From: an uncultured Candidatus Saccharibacteria bacterium
GTDB lineage: Bacteria > Patescibacteriota > Minisyncoccia > Phycocordibacterales > UBA2100
Reading direction: 5' to 3'
NCBI GenBank assembly: GCA_964594735.1
Contig: CAZQMS010000005.1
Coordinates: forward strand, 19,150-83,149
Length of the DNA stretch: 64,000 bases
Below, piece after piece: positions 8,210 to 18,425 of the stretch. Every line of letters starts with the position of its first letter. The stretch's first letter is position 1. The translations under genes and the position numbers were made by a program. The notes under the pieces were generated by a model. It searched no databases, was not told the origin of the DNA, and was given only the letters and a program-made list of their open reading frames with translations.

Positions 8210-9958
8210 CTAGAGAGCGATGTTGACTGTCACGTAGTCCGTGACCGGTGTCCCATTTGGAGAGAGGCAGGAGATGGTAAAGGTCGTTGCACCGGTGAGC
8301 GCGACAGTGGACGCGCCGCCTGAGAGCGTCGTCTGCGAGAAGCTTCCGTCGGGGCTTGTTACGAGACAGCTCGCGACGCCCTGCGAAGTCCAGAATATAG
8401 ACGCGCGTGAGCCGAGCGGCACAGAGGCCGGTACCGACCAGATGCGCACTACCGCCGGGACCGATGGCACGGTCGTCGTACTTGCTGCGGGAGTCGTCTG
8501 CTGCTGCGGCGCGGGTTGCGATTGCGATTGTGTCACGGTCACCGTAGGTTGCTGCGCGGGCGGCGGGTTGCCCACCTGATAGCCACGCGCGATGCAGAGG
8601 CCGTCGAAGAAATTGGCCGGGAGTACGTACGAGAGCACACTCGTCGCCCACGGCCGCGCGCGACAGATGCTTGCCACGACGCCCTGCGGCTGACCGCTAA
8701 ATGTGTCCGAACCGAAGAAGCCGGCGACTTCCGTGTTGCCGGTCTGGTTGCGCGAACCGGCGATTATCGTGCCGCCGCTCGAGAATATTTGTATATCGCC
8801 GCGCAGACCGGGAATGAGGTATGCGGGATTTGCGAAAATAGCTGCTGTAGTGCTTGCGCCCTGCGAGACGACGACGGTCGCAGAGCCCAGCTGGATGCAG
8901 CCGCTCGTGCAGTTGGCCTGCGCACTCGCCGTGTGCCGCAAGAGTCGCACCGTGTATGTGCCCGCAGTAGTGTATGTGTGCGTATTCTGCCCTGGAGCAG
9001 TGCACGCGCCACCCGAGGTTGTGCAGGTGTTCGCCGCTTCTTTCGCGCCGTCGCCAAAGTCAATCGTCGCTGCGCCATTTGCACCATTTTCGTATGTGGA
9101 AAACACTACGGTGAGCGGCGATGCGCCACTGTTCGGCGACGCGATGATGCTCGCGGTCGGATTGGTGACTGTTGGCGTCGTCGTCGCCGGGGTCGTGGTC
9201 GGCGTGGGCGTCGTCGGGGTACTTGTGGTGTCGCACTGACTATAGAGTGCGGCGAATGGCCCCGTGCACGGATTGCCGCCCCCCGTGTCCCCCGAGCCAA
9301 TCACCGTGGTCGAGCAGTAATTCGTACCGCCCGGCCCATTGACCGTCATGGTGTACGCAGTAGTGCCTGACACAGTCACCGACTGCGAGCCAAACGCGTT
9401 GACCGCGCCGATTTCAGGAGCGATGGACGACGTGTTGACGGTGCCGCTCGTCGACCATGTGAGTGTGGCGGTGGTAGATGAAGCGGTGGAAGAGGTGTTG
9501 CTCGCAGAAATTGTGCACGACGGCAGCTGGTTGGCGAGCGGGTCGCCCACGCCACTTGTGGGAGGCGTCGCAGGTGGCTGCTGCCCACCGCCCTGCTGCA
9601 TGAGCTTGCCCATGAGATCGCCGAGAATCTTCGCCACCTGGTCGAGCCCAAAGCCGTCCTTTCCACTAGTTCCGGTCGCTTTGCATACACCAGGGGCACT
9701 GCTCACGCATTGACCTGTTGTTGAAAAATTACTCGTCAGGTCCTTACATGTAATGGTCATGCATGGGACGCATTTGGGGTCCTTAGGACTTGGTACGCAT
9801 TTTCCTGGGTAGCAATACTGAGCGGCACAAAATGCATCAGCCTCCGTTCCTAGCGCATGAGTACTCTGTGCTGCGAACAGCAGTAGAGCTACTGCAAAGA
9901 CAGCGACCGCTATGATTGTCGCCACAAGAGTTATCAGCGCCGACGCGCGTACCTTCAT
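8210..9958 (-). CDS. secreted Cys-rich surface protein with a Thr/Pro-rich linker
   Basis: Signal peptide (ITLVATIIAVAVFAVALLLFAAQSTHA), many Cys, and a TPTTPTPTTTPATTTPT tract. Confidence 0.5.
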   Translation of the reverse strand: MKVRASALITLVATIIAVAVFAVALLLFAAQSTHALGTEADAFCAAQYCYPGKCVPSPKDPKCVPCMTITCKDLTSNFSTTGQCVSSAPGVCKATGTSGKDGFGLDQVAKILGDLMGKLMQQGGGQQPPATPPTSGVGDPLANQLPSCTISASNTSSTASSTTATLTWSTSGTVNTSSIAPEIGAVNAFGSQSVTVSGTTAYTMTVNGPGGTNYCSTTVIGSGDTGGGNPCTGPFAALYSQCDTTSTPTTPTPTTTPATTTPTVTNPTASIIASPNSGASPLTVVFSTYENGANGAATIDFGDGAKEAANTCTTSGGACTAPGQNTHTYTTAGTYTVRLLRHTASAQANCTSGCIQLGSATVVVSQGASTTAAIFANPAYLIPGLRGDIQIFSSGGTIIAGSRNQTGNTEVAGFFGSDTFSGQPQGVVASICRARPWATSVLSYVLPANFFDGLCIARGYQVGNPPPAQQPTVTVTQSQSQPAPQQQTTPAASTTTVPSVPAVVRIWSVPASVPLGSRASIFWTSQGVASCLVTSPDGSFSQTTLSGGASTVALTGATTFTISCLSPNGTPVTDYVTVNIAL

Positions 9959-9971
9959 TGCTCAAATAATA

Positions 9972-10595
9972 TCACGCAATCGAGAGCACAAATCGCTCAA
10001 GTGCATATTCGAGCTCTTCACCCCGCCGCCTCGCTTCATGCGGAAGTTCGGCAAGCTCGGCGACGAGCTTGCGAGCCTTCTCTGACCCTCCGCGCAGATA
10101 GTATTGCTTCGCCGCCCAAAAAAGGACGCCATGAATAGCTTCGGGCGCTTTCCCTGCTATAAGCTCGCGCTGATAGCCCACCCACAGGTCTTTCTTCTTT
10201 CCATTTTGAAGCGCGTTGGCGAGTGCAAAAATCGTTTCCTGTTTTTTTGTCGCTTTCGTATCGAAGTGCTCAAAGACTTCCGCGTACTTCTCTATACTTT
10301 TGCGCGTCGCGGCATCGAGCGCGCCCTCGAGCATGAAAAAGATCTCGGCAGATTTTGCGAGTCGTGAGAGCTCTGCTTGGAGAACCACTCGCATCTCGTC
10401 GTTCTGGTACACGTGCTCCAATACGACGACCCTCTTCTCGTCGAACATGCCCGGGCCACGCAGTGCCGCATCGAGGTCGGCGAGCGGGTGCGCGTCGGTG
10501 ATGCGCAGCACGCTCATACCTTTCTGTTTTTCCACAGCTGCATTCAGCGCCGCGCGCGCTTTTTCCGTATCGGTACCGCTAAAGAAATACAACAT
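9972..10595 (-). CDS. holA: DNA polymerase III delta subunit-like (short HolA)
   Basis: MLYFFSGTDTEKARAAL has the HolA-type N-terminus; 207 aa. Confidence 0.5.
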   Translation of the reverse strand: MLYFFSGTDTEKARAALNAAVEKQKGMSVLRITDAHPLADLDAALRGPGMFDEKRVVVLEHVYQNDEMRVVLQAELSRLAKSAEIFFMLEGALDAATRKSIEKYAEVFEHFDTKATKKQETIFALANALQNGKKKDLWVGYQRELIAGKAPEAIHGVLFWAAKQYYLRGGSEKARKLVAELAELPHEARRRGEELEYALERFVLSIA

Positions 10596-10659
10596 GTGCA
10601 GGAGGTATTTAGTATGTGGTATTTAGTATGCGGTATCGGCTCATACGATATACCAGGTA

Positions 10660-13080
10660 CTATGCACGAGGCACTTTTTTTACGGAGCCCCAGTCCTTGC
10701 CGAGTGAAATCTCGGCAATTATCGGCACGCCCGAGAGCAATTTTGGGTCGACCACACTCTCCATCACATCCCGGAGCGTGCGCGCTATCGTCTCTGCCTC
10801 TTTTTCGTCGACTTCATAGACAAGTTCGTCGTGCACCTGCAGGAGGAGCCGCGCCTTATCCACCCACCCTTTTTTCTGTATGAGTTCTTCCGCCTCTACC
10901 ATCGCGCGCTTGATGATGTCGGATTGGGTACCCTGCATCGGCGCGTTGACCGCCATGCGCTCGGCCTGTGCGCGGAGTCCTGGGAGCGCTGATTTGAGCC
11001 CGGGGTAATATCTTCGCCTCCCGAAAAGGGTCTCGGTGTACCCTTGCCGTGCAGCATCCGCTTTCGTCTTCTCGATGTACCGTGCGATGCCAGCAAAGTT
11101 TTTGAAGTAGTCGTCGAGAAACTTCGCGGCTTCTTCGCGCGAGATGCCTGCACCGAGATTCTGCCGGAGCGCGTTGACTCCCATGCCATAGAGAATGCCG
11201 AAATTGATGACCTTGGCTCTCCGGCGCATTTCCCTATCCACGTGCTCCGGTGGCACGCCAAAGACCTGCGCGGCGGTCGCCGTGTGCACGTCTTCGCCGC
11301 GCTGGAAAATCCCGACGAGCTTTTCGTCGCCCGAAAGCCCTGCAGCAATGCGGAGCTCTATCTGCGAATAGTCTATCGCCGCGAGCAGGTAGCCCTTCTC
11401 AGCCACGAATGCGTTGCGAATGCGCTTGCCGTACTCCGTGCGAATCGGAATGTTCTGGAGATTCGGCCCCTCGCTCGCCATGCGCCCGGTCGCAGCACCC
11501 GCCTGGAGAAATTGGGCATGGAGCCGACCGTCTTTTGCGACGAGCGCCGGAATCTTGTCTATATATGTAGAGAGAAGCTTCTGGAGTTCGCGGTACGCAA
11601 GGATGTCGCCAATCACGGGGTGGAGGTCCGCCATTTTCGAGAGCTCTTCTTCGCGTGTCGTGCGTGCTCCTGTCGCGGTCTTCTTTTGCTTGCCGCTCCC
11701 TATTTTTAGCTCGTCGTAGAGTACGCTCCCGAGTTGCTTCGGGGAATTTATGTTGAACTCATGCCCCACATGCTGGTAGATGCGCCCCGCAATCTCGCCG
11801 AGCCCCTTTGTGTACTCTTTTGAGAGCGACTTGAGATACGCGGTGTCGACTTTGATGCCGACCTCGTGCATCTTTTTCACGATTGGTATGAGCGGCTTTT
11901 CTATCGACTCATATATGCCCACGAGCTTCCCTGTCTCGCGCAGTTGCGCGAATATTTTTTCGCGCGCCTTTTCGAAGTCGTCGGTATTCGCGAAGTCGAG
12001 AATGTCTTGCACATCCGGCGTGGTGAGATCGCTGCGCAAGAGCCAGAGCGCAAGCGCCGTCTCTTCGAGCGCCACCGCGTCGACTTGCTTGCCCGAAAAA
12101 TCTGCATGCTTCTCTGCAGCCTCGATTTTCAGAGCATCTTTGAGACGCTCTTTGAGCGAGCGGAATTCATACGCGTCGAGAAGCGGCACGATGCTCCCCG
12201 CATGGTCCTCGATGTGCCAGTGACGCTCAGGTAGCTTGAATTCTATCGGTACATCTGGATGAATCGTGGCGAGCTGTTTGGAAAAAGCGGCATCGGATTT
12301 ACCGGCAAGAAGCAGCTCGATGGTGCGCGCCTTTACGCCGCGCTTCGCGAGCCGGTCGGCGCCCTTCTCGAGCTCTTTGTAGATTGCGTCGACACTGCCA
12401 AACTCTTGGATGAGCTCTGTCGCCGTCTTCTCCCCGATACCGCGAATCCCGGGAATGTTGTCCGACGGGTCTCCGCGGAGCGCTTTGTAATCCACCATCT
12501 GCGCTGCAGAAAATCCGTAGCGCTCTTCGACGGCTTTCTCGTCGTACATCACCGTGTCGGAGAGTCCCTTGCGGAGCGTGAACACGCGCACGCGCGGCGC
12601 CACAAGCTGAAGCGTGTCCATATCCCCCGTCGCAATAATCGTCTCGATATCAGAGCGACCGCCGAGCTGCTTGACCATCGTGCCGAGCACGTCGTCGGCC
12701 TCGTATCCAGGGCACGCGTACACCGGCACGCCAAAAGCTTCGAGCACTTCGGGTGCTTTGCCGAGCTGGTCGATGAGCTCGTCGTCGGCTTTCACACGCT
12801 TTGCCTTGTACGCTTCGAATGCATCATGCCGGTGCGTCTTTCCCGGCAGATCGCGCGCCGCGACGATGTAGTCGGGCTTGAGGTCGGACACTATTTTGAG
12901 AAGCATGATGATGAGCCCGTAGAGTGCACCGGTAGGCTCGCCCTTGCTGTTGGAAAAATCGGGAATCGCGTGGTACGCGCGATGCAGTATCGCGTGCGAA
13001 TCAAGAATCACGAGCCGCTCGGTATCCTTACCCTCCGGCGCCGCATTATGAGATGTCTTTTTCGACGCTTTTTTGGCCAT
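10660..13080 (-). CDS. polA: DNA polymerase I
   Basis: 5'-3' exonuclease N-terminus, RRAKVINFGILYGMG and LLQVHDELVYEV polymerase motifs. The start is trimmed to the ATG at 13080; TAGAAT lies 8 nt upstream. Confidence 0.9.
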   Translation of the reverse strand: MAKKASKKTSHNAAPEGKDTERLVILDSHAILHRAYHAIPDFSNSKGEPTGALYGLIIMLLKIVSDLKPDYIVAARDLPGKTHRHDAFEAYKAKRVKADDELIDQLGKAPEVLEAFGVPVYACPGYEADDVLGTMVKQLGGRSDIETIIATGDMDTLQLVAPRVRVFTLRKGLSDTVMYDEKAVEERYGFSAAQMVDYKALRGDPSDNIPGIRGIGEKTATELIQEFGSVDAIYKELEKGADRLAKRGVKARTIELLLAGKSDAAFSKQLATIHPDVPIEFKLPERHWHIEDHAGSIVPLLDAYEFRSLKERLKDALKIEAAEKHADFSGKQVDAVALEETALALWLLRSDLTTPDVQDILDFANTDDFEKAREKIFAQLRETGKLVGIYESIEKPLIPIVKKMHEVGIKVDTAYLKSLSKEYTKGLGEIAGRIYQHVGHEFNINSPKQLGSVLYDELKIGSGKQKKTATGARTTREEELSKMADLHPVIGDILAYRELQKLLSTYIDKIPALVAKDGRLHAQFLQAGAATGRMASEGPNLQNIPIRTEYGKRIRNAFVAEKGYLLAAIDYSQIELRIAAGLSGDEKLVGIFQRGEDVHTATAAQVFGVPPEHVDREMRRRAKVINFGILYGMGVNALRQNLGAGISREEAAKFLDDYFKNFAGIARYIEKTKADAARQGYTETLFGRRRYYPGLKSALPGLRAQAERMAVNAPMQGTQSDIIKRAMVEAEELIQKKGWVDKARLLLQVHDELVYEVDEKEAETIARTLRDVMESVVDPKLLSGVPIIAEISLGKDWGSVKKVPRA

Positions 13081-13504
13081 CAATCGTGATTCTACGCCCA
13101 TCCCCATCAATGTCGAAGCGTATCCGTATCGCATCCGTCGGAATGCACCCCGGGACACGTTCAGGCCATTCAATAAGTATGAGATTGCCGGAATCTGCGA
13201 GAAGCTCGTCCCAGCCGATAGCGCGGAGCTCATCGCCACCTTTCAAACGGTACGCATCTATATGTATGAGCTTCTGAAAAGACTGCGCCTCGAGGGCGTA
13301 GACTTTTTCGAGCACAAACGTCGGACTCTGCACGGACTCGGTCACCCCAAGAGCGCGCGCAATCCCTTGCGCAAACGTCGTTTTCCCGGCGCCGAGTTCC
13401 CCCGAGAGAGTGACCACACGCGCCCCACTTCGCGACTGGAGGGTGCGCGCGAAGTCCGCCGCACGTGACTGCATCTCTTCGCCTGTGCGTGCCGTGAGTT
13501 CCAT
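13046..13504 (-). CDS. tsaE: tRNA threonylcarbamoyladenosine biosynthesis protein TsaE
   Basis: GELGAGKTTFAQGIARALGV...SPTFVL...IDAYRL; overlaps the polA start by 35 nt. Confidence 0.8.
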   Translation of the reverse strand: MELTARTGEEMQSRAADFARTLQSRSGARVVTLSGELGAGKTTFAQGIARALGVTESVQSPTFVLEKVYALEAQSFQKLIHIDAYRLKGGDELRAIGWDELLADSGNLILIEWPERVPGCIPTDAIRIRFDIDGDGRRITIDGQKSVEKDIS

Positions 13505-13526
13505 GCAGCCAGTGTACAATGACTGA

Positions 13527-15221
13527 ATGGCGACACAATTCAACGACAAAAAGGCCGAGGAGCGGCTTGGTGAACTTCACAAGAAAGAAGAGGAACAGCT
13601 CGCCGAGATGCTCTCGCACAAGTACGGTATCGAGTACGTCGACCTCACGAGCAAATCCATCGACACCGACGCACTCCGACTCGTGCCCGAGAACGAAGCA
13701 CGCGCGACGGAAGTCGCCCCGTTCCGTAAGGTCAACAAAATCATCTTCATCGGTATGCGCTCACCCGAGCGGCCGGATTCGCTGAAGACGGTGCAGGCGG
13801 TCGAGCGGCTCGGCTACGAGGTGCGCCGCTTCATGGTCTCGCAGGCATCTCTCGAACATGCGTGGGACCGCTACCACGACCTCTCGTACGCGACCGAGAC
13901 AGAGGCCGGCATCCTCACGCTCTCGAGCGAGACCATCCAGCAGATGCTCGACAAGCTCAAGACACTGCAGGATGTAAAGGCTGAAATCAATTCCCACGCG
14001 GGGAGCAAGGACACGCACCGCATCTCGCGCGTGCTCGAGGTCATCATGGCAGGCGCGATGAGCCTGGGAGCTTCCGATGTGCACCTCGAACCGGAAGACG
14101 GCGGTGTGCGCATGCGCTACCGCCTCGACGGCGTCCTCGTGGAAGTCCTTATGTTCGACCTGCCGACGTACGCACTTATCTCGAGCCGCCTCAAGCTCCT
14201 CTCCGGCCTCAAGCTCAACATAAAGAACGCTGCGCAAGACGGCCGCTTCTCTATCGTGGTCGGCGGCAAGGAAGTCGAGATACGCGCCTCCGTGCTTCCG
14301 GGCTCGATAGCAGAGACGATAGTGATGCGTATTCTCGACCCGCAGACCATCGCGCTCCCTATGGAAGCGCTCGGTTTCGACAAATACCTCATGGATATTT
14401 TCAATCACGAGATTCAAAAGCCCAACGGCATGATTCTCAACACGGGACCGACCGGAAGCGGTAAGACGACGACGCTCTACGCATTTCTCAAGCAGGTACA
14501 CAAACCCGAAATAAAAATCGTCACCATCGAAGACCCGGTCGAGTACCACCTGCCCGGCATCGTGCAGACGCAGGTATCAAAAGAGTACACATTTGCCCAG
14601 GGGCTCCGCTCCGTCCTGCGCCAAGACCCCGACATCATCATGGTCGGCGAAATCCGCGATGCGGAAGTCGCCTCGACGGCGGTGCACGCCTCGCTCACCG
14701 GTCACCTCGTCTTCTCCACACTGCACACCAACGATGCCGCGGGCACGTTCCCCCGCCTCGTCGACATGGGTGTCGCGCCCGACATCTTGGGCGCAGCGGT
14801 CACCACCGCGATGGCACAGCGTCTCGTGCGCCGACTGTGCCCCGCGTGCCGTCAGGAAGCGCCGATAACGGGTGAGATAAAGGCGAAAATGGACCAGTTG
14901 CTCGCGAAAGTCCCGCACGCAGATGAAATACCGCAAACGCGCGACAAGATGTACCTCCCCAAAGGCTGCGATAAGTGCGGAGGCCTCGGCTACAAGGGCC
15001 GCATCGCGGTCGTCGAGGTGATTCTGATGGATAGAGAGATAGAAGCGTGCGTGCGCACATCATCGAGCGAGCGCGACATCTGGGCGGCGGCCAAACACCA
15101 AAACATCCGACGCATGGCGCAAGATGGCGCGGTAAAAATCTTGCAGGGCGTCACATCCTTCGACGAACTCTCCCGTGTCGTCGACCTCAACGACGAAGTG
15201 ATGCTCGGAATGATTTCGTAA
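13527..15221 (+). CDS. pilB: type IV pilus / type II secretion assembly ATPase (PilB/GspE family)
   Basis: GPTGSGKTTT Walker A, a tetracysteine CPACRQE...CDKCGG and a GspE-type N-terminus; TACAAT lies 6 nt upstream. Confidence 0.9.
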   Translation: MATQFNDKKAEERLGELHKKEEEQLAEMLSHKYGIEYVDLTSKSIDTDALRLVPENEARATEVAPFRKVNKIIFIGMRSPERPDSLKTVQAVERLGYEVRRFMVSQASLEHAWDRYHDLSYATETEAGILTLSSETIQQMLDKLKTLQDVKAEINSHAGSKDTHRISRVLEVIMAGAMSLGASDVHLEPEDGGVRMRYRLDGVLVEVLMFDLPTYALISSRLKLLSGLKLNIKNAAQDGRFSIVVGGKEVEIRASVLPGSIAETIVMRILDPQTIALPMEALGFDKYLMDIFNHEIQKPNGMILNTGPTGSGKTTTLYAFLKQVHKPEIKIVTIEDPVEYHLPGIVQTQVSKEYTFAQGLRSVLRQDPDIIMVGEIRDAEVASTAVHASLTGHLVFSTLHTNDAAGTFPRLVDMGVAPDILGAAVTTAMAQRLVRRLCPACRQEAPITGEIKAKMDQLLAKVPHADEIPQTRDKMYLPKGCDKCGGLGYKGRIAVVEVILMDREIEACVRTSSSERDIWAAAKHQNIRRMAQDGAVKILQGVTSFDELSRVVDLNDEVMLGMIS

Positions 15222-15241
15222 CTTTACAACATATCGGTGGT

Positions 15242-15691
15242 ATGGCATGGTACCTCCCAGCCACAGGAGGTCCCATGGTCAGCATGATCAGAGCACGTTC
15301 GCGCGACGAGACGGTCGCCGACGAGCGCATTGTGAAGCGCGGCATCCCCTTCTTCGACACAGCATACCCCGGATGGCGGCGCATTCTCTACTTCTCGCCT
15401 GTCGAGATCGCGCATCCGAATCGGTGTCCGCTATCAATTCTCGAAACGGTGTCGCGCATTGCGCACCAGGAGAATTTCACACTGCGCAACCTGAACGACG
15501 AGCGCATCAAGTCGCTGGTGCGCATGAAGAACACGATTTCGTACAAAAGAGCACTGCAGGCACGGGGCATGTCGCTCGCCGACGGTGTCGCATGCGGCCT
15601 CGCTCGCGCAGACGACGATCCGAAGACGTTCTACGCGACACTGCGCGACCGGTGGAAACTCCACTACAGTCCCGACAACTGGATGTTCTGA
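15242..15691 (+). CDS. hypothetical protein
   Basis: The ORF is trimmed to begin after the pilB stop. Alternative ATG at 15275 with AGGAGG 4 nt upstream. Confidence 0.35.
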   Translation: MAWYLPATGGPMVSMIRARSRDETVADERIVKRGIPFFDTAYPGWRRILYFSPVEIAHPNRCPLSILETVSRIAHQENFTLRNLNDERIKSLVRMKNTISYKRALQARGMSLADGVACGLARADDDPKTFYATLRDRWKLHYSPDNWMF

Positions 15692-15754
15692 CGTTCCAAC
15701 TCGTGTCGAAATGCAGAGGGCGTCGCTCCTATCGGAGCGGCGCCTGAAACTTTT

Positions 15755-16219
15755 TTACTGAGAAGCGCGGATGAATTTTCTCGCCGCGAGGTTGATGATG
15801 TAGATGTTGGCCATGGTCGAGAGGAGACCAAGACCCGTCCCGAGTGTGAGAAACATTCCCGAGCCGTACGCCTGGTACGCGACGATGCTCCACGTGAGGA
15901 GTGAGAAGAAAATGTTGTAGGCAAGTACGTACATCACCACAGCTCGCGCGTCGCGGATGGCGTACGTCTTGCTTACGTAGTTGCCCGCGTATCTCCCCAG
16001 AAAATACAGGGCCGGAATCCAGAGCACGTACGTAAACATTTCATACGCGAGGCCGGAGAATTTGAGGACGAATTGCGTGAGCCCGAGAAATGTCAGCGAG
16101 AAGAGCACCATGAGGATGCCGAGCGTGAGCGTGAATGTCGCGCCGATGTACCAGCTTCCCGACTGCTTCTTCGTGAGCATGTTGCGTATCGTAGCAGCGT
16201 CGGCGCGCTTCGCGCCCAC
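15755..16219 (-). CDS. polytopic membrane protein, hypothetical
   Basis: 4-5 hydrophobic helices. Confidence 0.4.
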   Translation of the reverse strand: MGAKRADAATIRNMLTKKQSGSWYIGATFTLTLGILMVLFSLTFLGLTQFVLKFSGLAYEMFTYVLWIPALYFLGRYAGNYVSKTYAIRDARAVVMYVLAYNIFFSLLTWSIVAYQAYGSGMFLTLGTGLGLLSTMANIYIINLAARKFIRASQ

Positions 16220-16536
16220 ACACTGTGCACAGCTTTTTACACCATAAAACCCCGTTGCCTGCTGGCAGCGGGGTGTTATGTTTCCTCGTAGAGGAAATCA
16301 TTTGGAGATGCACACTATCGGGTGATGCTTTTGTAGGAAAAGTTGCAGCTGGAACCTGAGGATAGTGGCAGCGGCGCCACCACGTCCTCGGCAAAGCCAC
16401 CATCACCCGATGCTATGCGTCTCCAAAAGAGAAAAGCCCTCACAAAGGGCTTCTACCCTCTAATATAGCATATTAGAAATATTTGTCAATCCCGGCCTCA
16501 TCTCGCCCGCCTTGCGGTCCAGAAGAGCCCACCGAT

Positions 16537-17550
16537 ATGACCGACACTCCCGATACTCCCCAAAAGTCCCCCCGCAGCCTCGACCAGGCACTTCGCCCTG
16601 AGTCGTGGAAGGAATACATTGGCCAAGAGGCCATCAAGGAAAATCTCCGCATCCTCCTCACCGCCGCCAAGAGCCGCAACCATCAGCCCGAGCACGTCCT
16701 CCTCTATGGCCCGCCGGGCCTCGGCAAGACGACGCTCTCACACCTCATGGCCAAAGAGATAGGCGCGAGCCTCAAAAGCACGTCGGGACCCGCTATCGAG
16801 CGCGTGGGCGACCTCGCCTCCATCCTCACCAATCTCTCACCGGGTGACGTCCTCTTTATAGATGAAATTCACCGCCTCAATCGCACGATTGAAGAAGTCC
16901 TCTACCCCGCCATGGAAGCGGGCGTGCTCGATATCGTCATCGGCAAAGGTCCGGCAGCGCGCACGGTGCAGCTCGAGCTGCCTCCATTCACGCTCATCGC
17001 CGCGACGACGCGCATCTCGATGCTCTCCGCGCCGCTTCGCTCGCGCTTCTCAGGCGGCACATTCCGCCTCCAGTACTACACCGATGCGGCGATAGCAGAA
17101 ATCCTCCGCCGCTCGGCAAAAATTCTCGGCATCGAGATAGACGCGGATTCGCTCATGGAAATTGCACGGCGCTCTCGCGCGACGCCGCGCACCGCCAACT
17201 ATCTTTTGAAGCGCGCACGCGACTTCGCGTCGGTAAACGAAGAAACATTACACCTCAAGACCGTGAAGAAAGCGCTCGCGCTGCTCGAGATAGATGAAAT
17301 GGGACTCAACCAAACCGACCGCGACATCCTCACGCTCCTATGCGAGAAGTTCAACGGTGGCCCGGTGGGCCTGAAAACAATTGCAGCCGCGCTTTCCGAA
17401 GAAGAAGCGACGATAGAAGAGGTCAACGAGCCCTACCTCATGCAAACGGGCCTCATCGAGCGGACTCCGCGCGGCCGAACGGTCACGAAGAAGGGCTACG
17501 CACACTTGGGCTTCGACAAATCGGGCTCTTCGCAAGCAAAGCTCATGTAG
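16537..17550 (+). CDS. ruvB: Holliday junction DNA helicase RuvB
   Basis: LLYGPPGLGKTTL Walker A, FIDEIHRL, and a RuvB C-terminal winged-helix domain; the start is trimmed to the ATG at 16537. Confidence 0.9.
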   Translation: MTDTPDTPQKSPRSLDQALRPESWKEYIGQEAIKENLRILLTAAKSRNHQPEHVLLYGPPGLGKTTLSHLMAKEIGASLKSTSGPAIERVGDLASILTNLSPGDVLFIDEIHRLNRTIEEVLYPAMEAGVLDIVIGKGPAARTVQLELPPFTLIAATTRISMLSAPLRSRFSGGTFRLQYYTDAAIAEILRRSAKILGIEIDADSLMEIARRSRATPRTANYLLKRARDFASVNEETLHLKTVKKALALLEIDEMGLNQTDRDILTLLCEKFNGGPVGLKTIAAALSEEEATIEEVNEPYLMQTGLIERTPRGRTVTKKGYAHLGFDKSGSSQAKLM

Positions 17551-17667
17551 TTGCGGCTTCATTTGCCAAGGAGTAGTGTTGCATCGGACAATAGTGTCCG
17601 AGAGGGTTCAAGGACCCGCGCCCCAAGGGGCTAGGAGCCAAGGCTCCGAAACTCAGAGGAGGTTACA

Positions 17668-18240
17668 GTGGCATCAGACTTCCGCGTCAATTCAATTCAC
17701 GAGGATAGAATCAAGAATCTTGGCCAGCAAATGGACTCGCTGCGCGAAGCTTTCTGGACTGCCGCCCGAGAGAAAAACGACGCCGTGGCCGCAGCTCTGT
17801 TGGAGGGCTTGTTGCAGAAGTGCCAAGAGTTCTCTGACGATCCGCTGGTACGTATCTATTGCAGGGGGGACACTGCGAAGAAACTGTTGCTTGAATTCAT
17901 AGAAAAAAGCGGTTACGACCCGATGGTCGTGCCAATCACCGCCCAAAAACTCTGCGACGCCGTCGTGTCATGCTGGATCGAAGTGGCGGGCACCTACGAT
18001 CATGATTTTCACGGCGCAATCGCATGCGCGGGATTGACCGCAAGTGAGGTTGCATTGCTCATGGCGAAGTCCGTCAGGGCGCACGTCGGCAAATACACAC
18101 ACGCTATACGTGAATGGCGGTTCGTCCGCCACTACAAGGGAACGGTACCCGATGCCGTCATACGCGTACTCGCACATTCCATCGTGCGGAAGAGTGACGG
18201 CGCAGAGGTACTCGCCATGTTAAAGGCACACGCGGCATAG
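17668..18240 (+). CDS. hypothetical protein (cassette A downstream of ruvB)
   Basis: 190 aa with no known motif. GTG start with GAGGAGG 5 nt upstream, which is unlike most genes here. Confidence 0.5.
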   Translation: MASDFRVNSIHEDRIKNLGQQMDSLREAFWTAAREKNDAVAAALLEGLLQKCQEFSDDPLVRIYCRGDTAKKLLLEFIEKSGYDPMVVPITAQKLCDAVVSCWIEVAGTYDHDFHGAIACAGLTASEVALLMAKSVRAHVGKYTHAIREWRFVRHYKGTVPDAVIRVLAHSIVRKSDGAEVLAMLKAHAA

Positions 18241-18256
18241 ACTGGTGCGGATGCAA

Positions 18257-18293
18257 CGGCCGGTGGGAGCAATCCCCCCGGCCGTGACTTTTT
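18257..18293 (+). terminator. rho-independent terminator ending cassette A
   Basis: CGGCCGGTGGGA-GCAA-TCCCCCCGGCCG (12 bp with 1 mismatch) followed by TGACTTTTTAT. Confidence 0.65.
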
Positions 18294-18295
18294 AT

Positions 18296-18372
18296 GCGGC
18301 CGCACCGTGACCGACAAGGGCTATAAGCACTTGGGTTTTGAGAAACCAGGGCAACAAAAGATCATCGATTGA
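18296..18372 (+). repeat. decayed copy of the ruvB 3' end (remnant 1)
   Basis: Translates in frame as RTVTDKGYKHLGFEKPGQQKIID*, compared with the RuvB C-terminus RTVTKKGYAHLGFDKSGSSQAKLM*. Confidence 0.65.
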
Positions 18373-18425
18373 CGCGAGCCTCCTGCTTGCGCAGAATGCC
18401 GCGAGTTCATAGAAGGGAGGCTTCC

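Noticed and set aside
13761-14549. 262-aa minus-strand ORF, and other long antisense ORFs inside pilB, PBP1A, polA and virB4
   Set aside because: They are embedded antisense in genes with strong family motifs. Long open antisense frames are expected at 60% GC.
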